Of a stretch of DNA of 64,000 nt, positions 56,613-64,000 are shown in pieces (within the stretch, counting starts at the first letter, position 1; each line of letters starts with the position of its first letter). The notes beneath the pieces are model-generated. The model saw only the letters and a list, made by a program, of their open reading frames with translations, had not been told where the DNA came from and did not search any database. The position numbers and the translations under genes were made by a program. Source of the stretch: an uncultured Bifidobacterium sp. (GTDB lineage Bacteria; Bacteroidota; Bacteroidia; UKL13-3); assembly GCA_964442045.1 (NCBI GenBank), contig CAYTWI010000003.1, forward strand, positions 2,632 through 66,631, written 5' to 3'.

Positions 56613-57044
56613 TCTATCTTTTTTATTTTTAAAAATTGCGTGCAACAATAATGTTTTTGATTAAATAGACACTATTTTTTTTAGTAAAATAATGCACACC
56701 TTTTATATTTTACTTTTTCCTGCTTAAAAAGTTATTTATTCGGTTTTTTTAAAACTTTTTCGGCAACTAAATAGCTTCAGATAAGGGAGTATTGATAGTG
56801 CAACTAAAGAGACAAGAATAATACACTACCAAACTCCCCCTAAAATTTTAACGATGAACCAGGTAAAATGTTTTAATATACCTATATGCATATCTATTCT
56901 ATTAAAATAGCAGTATGTTTTATACATTTTTGTAGTAGTAATATTTCAAAATTGTAAACTTTAAGTTTTGCCTTTTTAGTGTTTTACCTTACGTTTGCCA
57001 GTAAGCCAAAGTAAATGGCAAAACGCCAAAACGAATAATATAAA

Positions 57045-58130
57045 ATGAGTAATAGTCACTATTTTTTTAATACCAATTGCCTGCACTATAAAGGACACAT
57101 TCCTTGTAAACCACATAAACAATATGGTTATCATTGTGCTGATTGTCCTTCAACAACAACTATTTCAAAACGCATATTAATTATAAAATTAGGCGCTATT
57201 GGCGATGTTATTCGCACTACGCCATTGGTTGTAAAATACAAAACACTTTACCCTAACTGCAAAATAACCTGGCTCACCTGGACACCTGATATTCTGCCTG
57301 CAAGCCAAGTAGATGAAATATTGAAATGGGATGTAAATTCCATTATGTATGCGCAACATAGCGCTTGGGATATAGCCATTAACCTTGATAAAGAAAAAGA
57401 AGCAGGGGCTTTGTTAAAAGTGCTAGATGCTAAAGAAAAGTATGGTTATGTTTTAAAAGACAATGAGATACAACCATACAATAATTTGGCAAACCATAAA
57501 TTTAGCACAGGTATGTTTGATGACGTGAGTAAGGCCAATACCAAAAGTTATTTGCAGGAAATATTTGAAATATGTGGTTTCACCCATAATGGGGAGCCCT
57601 ATTTAATGGATAACCATGCGGATAAGGGTTATAAGTGGAACTTACCCGAAGGTAAACAAATAATAGGTATGAATACCGGTTGTGGGGGCAGATGGACAAC
57701 CCGTTTGTGGAGTATTGATAAATGGGTGGAGTTGGTTGGAATACTTAAAAGTAAATATCCCGAAGCTGAAATACTTTTGTTGGGTGGTGAAGCTGAAGAT
57801 GCACGCAACAAAGAAATACAAGAGCGTTCAGGAGCCCTGTATTTAGGCTACTTTGGATTAAATGAGTTTATTAATTTAGTATATCATTGCCATGCCGTAA
57901 TTACACAGGTAACAATGGGTATGCACATTACACTCGCTTTGGGTAAACGAATTGTTTTAATGAACAATATATTTAATCCTTATGAGTTTGATTTATTTGG
58001 CAAAGGGCAAATAGTTATGCCTGATAAAGTATGTAAGTGCTTTTATCGTGGTTCTTGTTTAGATGGAGTGAGTTGTATGGAACAATTACCTGCAGCTAAA
58101 ATAGCGGATGCTTTAGCTGAAATTATGTAA
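57045..58130 (+). CDS. Glycosyltransferase family 9 (heptosyltransferase-like) with Cys-rich termini
   Basis: 361 aa with a GT9-like core (ILIIKLGAIGDVIRTTP). Four N-terminal and four C-terminal cysteines flank it. Confidence 0.7.
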   Translation: MSNSHYFFNTNCLHYKGHIPCKPHKQYGYHCADCPSTTTISKRILIIKLGAIGDVIRTTPLVVKYKTLYPNCKITWLTWTPDILPASQVDEILKWDVNSIMYAQHSAWDIAINLDKEKEAGALLKVLDAKEKYGYVLKDNEIQPYNNLANHKFSTGMFDDVSKANTKSYLQEIFEICGFTHNGEPYLMDNHADKGYKWNLPEGKQIIGMNTGCGGRWTTRLWSIDKWVELVGILKSKYPEAEILLLGGEAEDARNKEIQERSGALYLGYFGLNEFINLVYHCHAVITQVTMGMHITLALGKRIVLMNNIFNPYEFDLFGKGQIVMPDKVCKCFYRGSCLDGVSCMEQLPAAKIADALAEIM

Positions 58131-58170
58131 AGCTAAGTTTAGCCCCAATCACTAATTAATTATAAAAACT

Positions 58171-58776
58171 ATGGTGAGGAAAAAAATAAAGAGGGGTTTA
58201 AGGCTTACCAAATATATTGTTTATAAAGAGACTCTGGTTAACTATAAAGAGCAGTTTTGGTCCTTTTTAGGCTCCTTTATAGGCATAGGCATTATTGCTT
58301 TCATACAAAGTAAGAGCTTAGCCGCTAGTGATAATCTTTTTCTGATAGGATCATTTGGGGCATCAAGCGTTTTAATTTACGGAGCCATTCAAAGCCCGTT
58401 AGCCCAACCTCGCAATTTAATTGGGGGACATTTAATTTCAGCCTTTATAGGTGTTTGTATTTTTCAATTATTACCCAACATAGTTTGGTTAACAGCCCCA
58501 TTGGCCGTTTCATTATCAATTGTGGCTATGCAAATAACAAAAACACTTCACCCTCCCGGAGGTGCTACCGCATTAATTGCAGTTATAGGCTCTGATAAAA
58601 TTAAGCAAATGGGCTTTCTATATGTTGTTTCACCCGTATTAACAGGCGTTATTATTTTATTATTGGTTGCTTTTATTTTTAACAACTTAACCAAAGACAG
58701 AAAGTACCCCACAGATGAAAGATATACACGTTTTTTAAAAAGAACATTTTTAAAAAAACAGCATCACCATCATTAA
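58171..58776 (+). CDS. HPP-family membrane protein
   Basis: 201 aa with motif TLHPPGGATAL and 4-5 transmembrane helices. Confidence 0.8.
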   Translation: MVRKKIKRGLRLTKYIVYKETLVNYKEQFWSFLGSFIGIGIIAFIQSKSLAASDNLFLIGSFGASSVLIYGAIQSPLAQPRNLIGGHLISAFIGVCIFQLLPNIVWLTAPLAVSLSIVAMQITKTLHPPGGATALIAVIGSDKIKQMGFLYVVSPVLTGVIILLLVAFIFNNLTKDRKYPTDERYTRFLKRTFLKKQHHHH

Positions 58777-58798
58777 TTATTAAACAAGATTTAGTCGG

Positions 58799-59566
58799 TT
58801 ATTTTAGTTCAACCCAAACAGGGCAGTGGTCAGAGTGTATTATTTGAGGTAAAATACCGGCATCAAGTAAATTGCCTTTTAATTGTTCAGACACCATACA
58901 GTAATCAATGCGTCAACCTTTGTTGTTATTACGGGCATTTGCCCTGTAGCTCCACCAGCTGTATTGGTGTGGAGCTTTATTAAACTCTCTGAAAGTATCA
59001 ATAAAACCACTTTCAATAAATTGGCTTAACCACTCCCGTTCTTCAGGCAAAAAGCCACTGCTGTTTTTATTGCTCACTGGGTCGTGTATATCAATAGGTT
59101 TATGTACTATGTTATAATCACCACAAATAATAAGCTCCTTTTTGGTAGCTTTTAATTCAGTAATATAATCATGGAAAAAATCCAGCCACTTCATTTTAAA
59201 AGCTTGTCTTTCCTCTCCACTTGAACCGGATGGAATATATACGCTTATAATGCTTTTTGAGCCAAAATCAGCACGGATAATTCGTCCTTCATTATCGTAT
59301 TCAGGATTGTTAAACCCATATTCTACATAATCGGGTTCATTTTTACAGAATAAAGCAACCCCACTGTATCCTTTCTTTTGAGCGCTGAACCAATAATTGT
59401 TTTTATAACCTGCTGCTTCAAATATAAAAGGTTCATTTATTTGCTCTTTCAGGGCTTTTGTCTCTTGTAAACAATATACATCCGCATCATGGCTTTGCAT
59501 AAAATTAATTAAGCCTTTGCTCATTGCTGAACGAATGCCATTTACATTATAAGATACTATTTTCAT
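58799..59566 (-). pseudogene. xth: Exodeoxyribonuclease III interrupted by an in-frame TGA at a conserved Trp codon
   Basis: The protein starts MKIVSYNVNGIRSA...QETK. The ORF stops at TGA (58913-58915). The same frame then continues RIDYCMVSEQLKGNLLDAGILPQIIHSDHCPVWVELK* to TAA at 58799-58801. The conserved ExoIII motif is GWRIDY. Confidence 0.8.
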
Positions 59567-59594
59567 TTCGATTTCAATAATACAGCATAGCCTA

Positions 59595-59636
59595 AAAACA
59601 AAAGCCACCAATTATTAACTTGGTGGCTTTTGTTTT
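59595..59636 (-). terminator. Rho-independent terminator after the E2 gene
   Basis: AAAACAAAAGCCACCAA / TTGGTGGCTTTTGTTTT with an 8-nt loop. It lies inside the spurious N-terminal extension of the xth track ORF. Confidence 0.75.
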
Positions 59637-59653
59637 AATAATATATGTTTTAG

Positions 59654-60994
59654 TTACGATTCTCTTGTTACATCCCATTGTTCCATATAGTCTGCAACTC
59701 TGCGCAAAAAGCTTCCACCTAACGAACCATCAACTACCCTATGATCATAACTTAATGAAAGAAACATCATATGACGAATAGCAATTACATCACCAAATTC
59801 AGTTTCAATTACGGCTGGTTTTTTCTTAATAACACCGGTAGCCATAATTGCCACCTGCGGTTGGTTAATAATAGGAGTGCCCATTACGTTACCAAATCCA
59901 CCTACGTTAGTTAAAGTAAATGTTCCACCTTGAATTTCGTCTGGTTTTAATTGATTTGCCCGGGCCCTGTTAGCTAAATCATTTACCTGTTTAGTTATAC
60001 CAATTAAGTTCATGGTATCGGCATTTTTAATAACAGGAACTATTAGGTTGCCGCTGGGTAAAGCAGCGGCCATACCAATATTAATGGCTTTTTTCTTGAT
60101 AATATTAGAACCATCCACGCTGCAATTAATCATCGGGAAATCTTTAATTGCGCGGGCTACACACTCTATAAATAAAGGAGTAAAAGTAATTTTTTCTCCT
60201 TCACGTTTTTCAAAAGCTTTCTTGTTTTTATCGCGCCATAAAACCATATTGGTTACATCGGCTTCTACAAAACTTGTTACATGTGGACTGGTGTGCTTGC
60301 TCATTACCATATGATCGGCAATTAGTTTACGCATTCTGTCCATTTCAATTATTTCATCGCCACCACTTGTGCTTACTATAGGTTTCGGAGCACTGGCTAC
60401 TGGTTGTTGAACAGATGCTTTTACTTCTACTACCGGTGTTGGTGTAGCTGCAGGGGCGCTGGTTGTAACTGGTACCGGGTTTCCATTACTTCTACCGGCT
60501 ACATAATTAAGAATATCGCGTTTAGTTACACGTCCTTCATTACCACTACCAGGTATAGTTTCCAGTTCAGCCATGCTTACGTTCTCTTCTCGGGCAATAT
60601 TTAATACCAAAGGACTATAGAACCTGTTGGCATTATTAACAGGGCTTGTAGTATTTACAGCATGTGTAACTGTTTGTTCAATATGGGTTACAGCTTGTTT
60701 AACCGGTTCGGCAACTGGAGCAGCCGGGGCACTTGGAGCAGCGGTTGCAGTGCCACCTATTTCCATAATAGCTATAGGCATATTTACAGCAACAACATCA
60801 CCGTCCTTATATAATTTTTTTACCAATACGCCCGCTTTAGGGCTGGGTACTTCGCTGTCAACTTTATCAGTAGCAATTTCTAATACAGTTTCATCGGCTG
60901 CAATAGCATCGCCCTCATTTTTAAGCCATTTAATAATAGTTGCTTCTGCAATACTTTCGCCCATTTTAGGCATTATTAGTTCAAATTCGGCCAT
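59654..60994 (-). CDS. Dihydrolipoamide acyltransferase (E2) of a 2-oxoacid dehydrogenase complex
   Basis: 446 aa with a lipoyl domain (EIATDKVDSEV), Ala/Pro linkers, an E3-binding segment, and catalytic SYDHRVVDG. I cannot assign the complex type by eye. Confidence 0.9.
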   Translation of the reverse strand: MAEFELIMPKMGESIAEATIIKWLKNEGDAIAADETVLEIATDKVDSEVPSPKAGVLVKKLYKDGDVVAVNMPIAIMEIGGTATAAPSAPAAPVAEPVKQAVTHIEQTVTHAVNTTSPVNNANRFYSPLVLNIAREENVSMAELETIPGSGNEGRVTKRDILNYVAGRSNGNPVPVTTSAPAATPTPVVEVKASVQQPVASAPKPIVSTSGGDEIIEMDRMRKLIADHMVMSKHTSPHVTSFVEADVTNMVLWRDKNKKAFEKREGEKITFTPLFIECVARAIKDFPMINCSVDGSNIIKKKAINIGMAAALPSGNLIVPVIKNADTMNLIGITKQVNDLANRARANQLKPDEIQGGTFTLTNVGGFGNVMGTPIINQPQVAIMATGVIKKKPAVIETEFGDVIAIRHMMFLSLSYDHRVVDGSLGGSFLRRVADYMEQWDVTRES

Positions 60995-61173
60995 GTTTTT
61001 TTGAATGTTTTTGAGTTGTTAATCTAGTAAAATCGAACAAAAATAATTTTTTGTTGCAGTATTGCTAATCTAAATTTATCAGTTTGCCATTAACAAAAAT
61101 ATGAATGCTATTTAATTGCTTGAATAATTGGCTGTAAGGAATAAATGAAAGGTACTTTTAATAGCTATAAATT

Positions 61174-61416
61174 TTAAGGAACCGGATCAATTCCGTGCCC
61201 GCCCCACGGATGACAGCGACTAATTCGTTTAACAGCCAAGTAAGTTCCTTTAAAAACCCCGTATTTACGAATAGCTTCTTCTGCATATTGGCTGCAAGTG
61301 GGCGTATATCTACATGCATTAGGCAGGTAAGGCGATACCAGGTGTTTGTATATTTTAATTAAAGCAATAAAAGGCGCTTCAATTATTTTTTTCAATTTCA
61401 TGGTGTAATTGTTCAA
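61174..61416 (-). CDS. yidD: Membrane protein insertion efficiency factor YidD
   Basis: Motifs [11 protein letters not shown] and [12 protein letters not shown]. An alternative start lies at 61401 (MKLKK). It overlaps the rnpA 3' end. Confidence 0.9.
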   Translation of the reverse strand: MNNYTMKLKKIIEAPFIALIKIYKHLVSPYLPNACRYTPTCSQYAEEAIRKYGVFKGTYLAVKRISRCHPWGGHGIDPVP

Positions 61417-61768
61417 GCATTTTCAGCAAGCTTATTTGTGCATCATTAAAAGAAACTTCTTTTTTAGCCACATAGGTTATAGCGAGTGCTATATTCTTTT
61501 GTTTACTATGAAGGGTGTTAATTAAGGTGTTTTTGTTTAATCTATAAACCTCGCGTATTTGGCGTTTAATGTTATTGCGGCTAACCGCATTTTTGAAATT
61601 GCGTTTTGGAACTGTTATAAGTACCTGACAAGCAACCTCTGACTTATCTGTAAATACAAAAACTACTTTAAAGGGGAAGGTATATAAACTAAAATTGCCC
61701 TTTGAGTAAAGGGCATTAATTATTTTTAAAGAAGTTACCTTCTCTTTTTTCGGAAATTTAAAATTCAT
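61379..61768 (-). CDS. rnpA: Ribonuclease P protein component
   Basis: 129 aa and basic, with an RNR-type motif ([13 protein letters not shown]). It sits between rpmH and yidD, the canonical position. Confidence 0.85.
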   Translation of the reverse strand: MNFKFPKKEKVTSLKIINALYSKGNFSLYTFPFKVVFVFTDKSEVACQVLITVPKRNFKNAVSRNNIKRQIREVYRLNKNTLINTLHSKQKNIALAITYVAKKEVSFNDAQISLLKMLEQLHHEIEKNN

Positions 61769-61835
61769 ATAAAAAACAAACCCTGAGTTTTTTAAACATA
61801 AAACTACGTAAGTAAAAACTCAGGATTTAGGTTCT

Positions 61836-61997
61836 TTATTTTTTATGACGACCTTCGTCAGATACTGTTAATTTTTTACGGCCTTTAGCTCTGCGTGATG
61901 CTAAAACTTTTCTTCCAGAAACCGACTCCATTCTTTTACGGAACCCGTGTTTGTTTCTTCTTTTTCTTACCGATGGTTGATATGTACGTTGTGCCAT
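61836..61997 (-). CDS. rpmH: 50S ribosomal protein L34
   Basis: Hand translation gives [53 protein letters not shown]. At 53 aa it falls below the ORF-track cutoff. Confidence 0.9.
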   Translation of the reverse strand: MAQRTYQPSVRKRRNKHGFRKRMESVSGRKVLASRRAKGRKKLTVSDEGRHKK

Positions 61998-62105
61998 GAG
62001 CTTTACTTTTTTAGGACTGCGAATGTACTCGTTTTTTGCAAAAACAAAAAAGTTATTCGCAAATAATTAACTTTTTATTTTGTTGAATTACAGCGTAATG
62101 TAAAA

Positions 62106-62140
62106 TAAAAATGCCATCCCTTATCGGATGGCATTTTTTT
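62106..62140 (-). terminator. Rho-independent terminator after the small lipoprotein gene
   Basis: ATGCCATCC-CTTATC-GGATGGCAT flanked by A- and T-runs. Confidence 0.75.
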
Positions 62141-62180
62141 AAGTTTCTGTTCTAAAACAAAAGTCTTACTAATTTAAAAA

Positions 62181-62408
62181 TTAGTGAGCAGCTTCAGTTG
62201 TAGCAGCAGCAGCTGTATCAGCAGCAGTTGTGTCAGCAGGAACCATTTGGTTTTCTAAAGCAGCTAATGAATCAGCAGCGCGAGTAGCAGCAGCGATTGA
62301 ATCAGCTTGTCTTTGAGCTTCGATTTTTGCTTTTTCTTCAGCAGAAGGACCACAAGCTACGATAGCTAACATAGCAGAAGCGGCAACGATTGATAATACT
62401 TTTTTCAT
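62181..62408 (-). CDS. Small Ala-rich lipoprotein
   Basis: 75 aa with a signal peptide and lipobox (AIVAC) followed by a low-complexity Ala/Thr-rich region. It has its own terminator. Confidence 0.55.
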   Translation of the reverse strand: MKKVLSIVAASAMLAIVACGPSAEEKAKIEAQRQADSIAAATRAADSLAALENQMVPADTTAADTAAAATTEAAH

Positions 62409-62482
62409 TTTGTTTGTTTAATTAAATTTTCTAATTCGGGGGCAAATGTATGATTAATTTGTTAATAACAAAATTATTTTTA

Positions 62483-63796
62483 TTATTTTTTTCTCATGTA
62501 AATAACTATAGGAACTCCTTCAAAATCGTATTCATCACGTAGTTTATTTTCGATAAAACGTTTGTATGAGTCACTTACGTATTGCGGGTGATTACAGAAA
62601 AAAGCAAATTTTGGACTGCGTCCCGGTAATTGCGTAGCATACTTTATTTTAACAAACTTGCCTTTAATCGGAGGAGGGGGATAGGTTTCTATCTTATCCA
62701 AAATATATTCGTTCAGTTTTGAAGTAGAAATTTTTCTGTTTCTGTTTTCAGCTACGTGTAATGCAACTTCAACTGCTTTAAAAATACGTTGTTTGGTAAC
62801 GGCTGAAGTAAATATAATAGGTACATCGCTGAAAGGTTTTAGCTTTTCCCTGATTACTTTTTCATATTCAATGGCCGTTTTAGTATCCTTTTCTATTAGA
62901 TCCCACTTGTTAACCAAAATTATTAAGCCTTTGTTGTTTTTTACAGCTAATGTTACCAAATTCATGTCTTGGGAGTCTAAGCCAACAGTTGCATCAATAA
63001 CCAATACAGTTACATCGCAATCTTCTAAAGCTTTAATACTGCGCATTACGGAGTAAAACTCTAAATCTTCTGAAACCCTGTTTTTTCTTCTGATACCGGC
63101 AGTATCAACCAATACGAACTCTTTATCAAATAATTTGTAATGAGAGTTAATAGAATCTCTGGTTGTTCCGGCTATATCAGTTACAATATTTCTTTCTTCA
63201 CCTAGTAATGCATTGATTAAGCTTGATTTACCAACATTTGGTCTGCCGATGATGGCTATTTTCGGTAAATCTTCTGCTTCTGCATCAACATCTTCATCGG
63301 TAAAAGTTAGATGCTTCATAACTTCGTCCAATAAATCGCCCGTTCCGGAACCACTGGCAGATGAAATGTTATACATAGCATCAAAACCCAAGGCCCAAAA
63401 TTCTGCGGCATCTAATTGGCGGTTATTGTTGTCGACTTTATTTACAACCAATAAAACAGGTTTTTTACTTTTACGCAAAATCAGTGATAGTTCTGTGTCT
63501 AAGTCAGTTATACCTACTGCTACATCCACCATAAATAAAATAACATCAGCTTCCTGAACGGCTACTTTTACCTGGTTGCGAATGGCAGCTTCAAATACGT
63601 CAGCACTATTTGGAACATAGCCTCCCGTATCAATTACATTAAATTCTTTATCTAACCATTCTCCTTTTCCGTAGTGTCTATCGCGTGTTACACCACTAAA
63701 ATCGTCAACAATGGCATGTCTGTTGCCAGTTAATCGGTTAAAAAGTGTCGATTTACCTACGTTTGGTCTTCCTACTATTGCTACTATATTTCCCAT
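62483..63796 (-). CDS. der: Ribosome-associated GTPase Der (EngA)
   Basis: 437 aa with two G domains (GRPNVGKST and [13 protein letters not shown] and NKWD) and a KH-like C-terminus. Confidence 0.95.
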   Translation of the reverse strand: MGNIVAIVGRPNVGKSTLFNRLTGNRHAIVDDFSGVTRDRHYGKGEWLDKEFNVIDTGGYVPNSADVFEAAIRNQVKVAVQEADVILFMVDVAVGITDLDTELSLILRKSKKPVLLVVNKVDNNNRQLDAAEFWALGFDAMYNISSASGSGTGDLLDEVMKHLTFTDEDVDAEAEDLPKIAIIGRPNVGKSSLINALLGEERNIVTDIAGTTRDSINSHYKLFDKEFVLVDTAGIRRKNRVSEDLEFYSVMRSIKALEDCDVTVLVIDATVGLDSQDMNLVTLAVKNNKGLIILVNKWDLIEKDTKTAIEYEKVIREKLKPFSDVPIIFTSAVTKQRIFKAVEVALHVAENRNRKISTSKLNEYILDKIETYPPPPIKGKFVKIKYATQLPGRSPKFAFFCNHPQYVSDSYKRFIENKLRDEYDFEGVPIVIYMRKK

Positions 63797-63946
63797 TAAG
63801 GCCGCAAAGGTAGTTTAATTTTAGTGTTTTTGGTTAAAATTTGTTGATAAGTCATTCGCATATAGAGATTAATTATTTGGTAATGCTGATTGTAATTGAC
63901 TAATCAACTTTGCTTCTTGCTTAATAAATGTATTTTCGCAGCTGTT

Positions 63947-64000
63947 ATGACAGCTGATCAATTAAAAAATTTACAGGAAAGAGTGCTTGCACTGAGGAGG
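63947..64000 (+). CDS. prfB: 5' end of probable peptide chain release factor 2 (runs off the window)
   Basis: MTADQLKNLQERVLALRR resembles the RF2 N-terminus that precedes the programmed-frameshift site. Only 18 codons are visible. Confidence 0.4.
   Translation, partial: MTADQLKNLQERVLALRR

Noticed and set aside
56649-57044. The 400-bp intergenic region between the enoyl-CoA hydratase and GT9 genes as a hidden ncRNA or riboswitch.
   Set aside because: By eye I found no convincing conserved-looking stems, repeats or small ORFs. It is a divergent promoter region. I cannot exclude an sRNA without Rfam or RNA-seq.
58762-58776. C-terminal His run of the HPP protein (KKQHHHH) and the His-rich tail of trigger factor (NHNQAHHAH, 45957-45990) as signs of an engineered tag or vector sequence.
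   Set aside because: Only four consecutive His are present, with no linker, protease site or vector context. Both sit in native gene contexts, so they are most simply natural His-rich tails.
58913-58915. TGA in xth as selenocysteine or genome-wide TGA-to-Trp recoding.
   Set aside because: The position is a conserved Trp, not a Cys/Sec site, and I see no SECIS-like context. TGA clearly terminates other genes at their expected ends (rnpA, the histidine kinase gene), and Trp is otherwise encoded by TGG.
60995-62180. Replication origin (oriC) near rpmH-rnpA-yidD.
   Set aside because: No dnaA or dnaN gene is in the window. I could find no cluster of DnaA boxes (TTATCCACA/TGTGGATAA), only isolated near matches such as TGTGGATTA near 51712.

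Overview
This is an AT-rich, densely packed chromosomal segment that looks like a Bacteroidota genome. That assignment is an inference from three large secreted proteins ending in type IX secretion (T9SS) C-terminal sorting domains, a TonB-dependent receptor with a CarboxypepD_reg-type N-terminus, and a LytTR two-component pair. I count about 60 protein genes and one tRNA-Leu(TAG). I see no rRNA, no CRISPR array, and no recognisable transposase, integrase or phage genes.

Housekeeping genes recognised from motifs are rtcB, tadA, nadK, pabA/trpG, tig, recR, thyA, gltX, purE, a 2-oxoacid dehydrogenase E2, yidD, rnpA, rpmH (53 aa, absent from the ORF track), der and the first codons of a probable prfB. 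There are also scattered beta-oxidation-type genes (3-hydroxyacyl-CoA dehydrogenase, thiolase, enoyl-CoA hydratase), a TolC/adaptor efflux pair and a small glycan-biosynthesis cluster.

Non-routine observations:
- A 620-bp non-coding leader with repeated boxes and a terminator-like hairpin lies in front of rtcB.
- CTTAAC-type repeats phased at 11 bp sit upstream of a TonB receptor gene. A 12-mer from them recurs upstream of the neighbouring giant T9SS gene, and a LytTR two-component system is encoded next door.
- The 1344-aa T9SS protein contains an in-frame 1851-bp tandem duplication whose 866-bp core is 100% identical.
- Two different tandem hairpin-repeat arrays (42-bp and 41-bp periods) share one 930-bp intergenic region upstream of a 1069-aa RCC1-repeat T9SS protein.
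- Eleven co-directional, almost gap-free minus-strand genes run from 28978 to 21740: YHS, CxxC T9SS protein, GNAT, DoxX, a possible outer-membrane barrel, YceI, DinB-like, NRDE, ATP-grasp, LysE and Crp. Their collective function is unknown.
- The exonuclease III gene is interrupted by an in-frame TGA at a conserved Trp codon.

All family assignments come from motif recognition by eye. No database search or computation was run.
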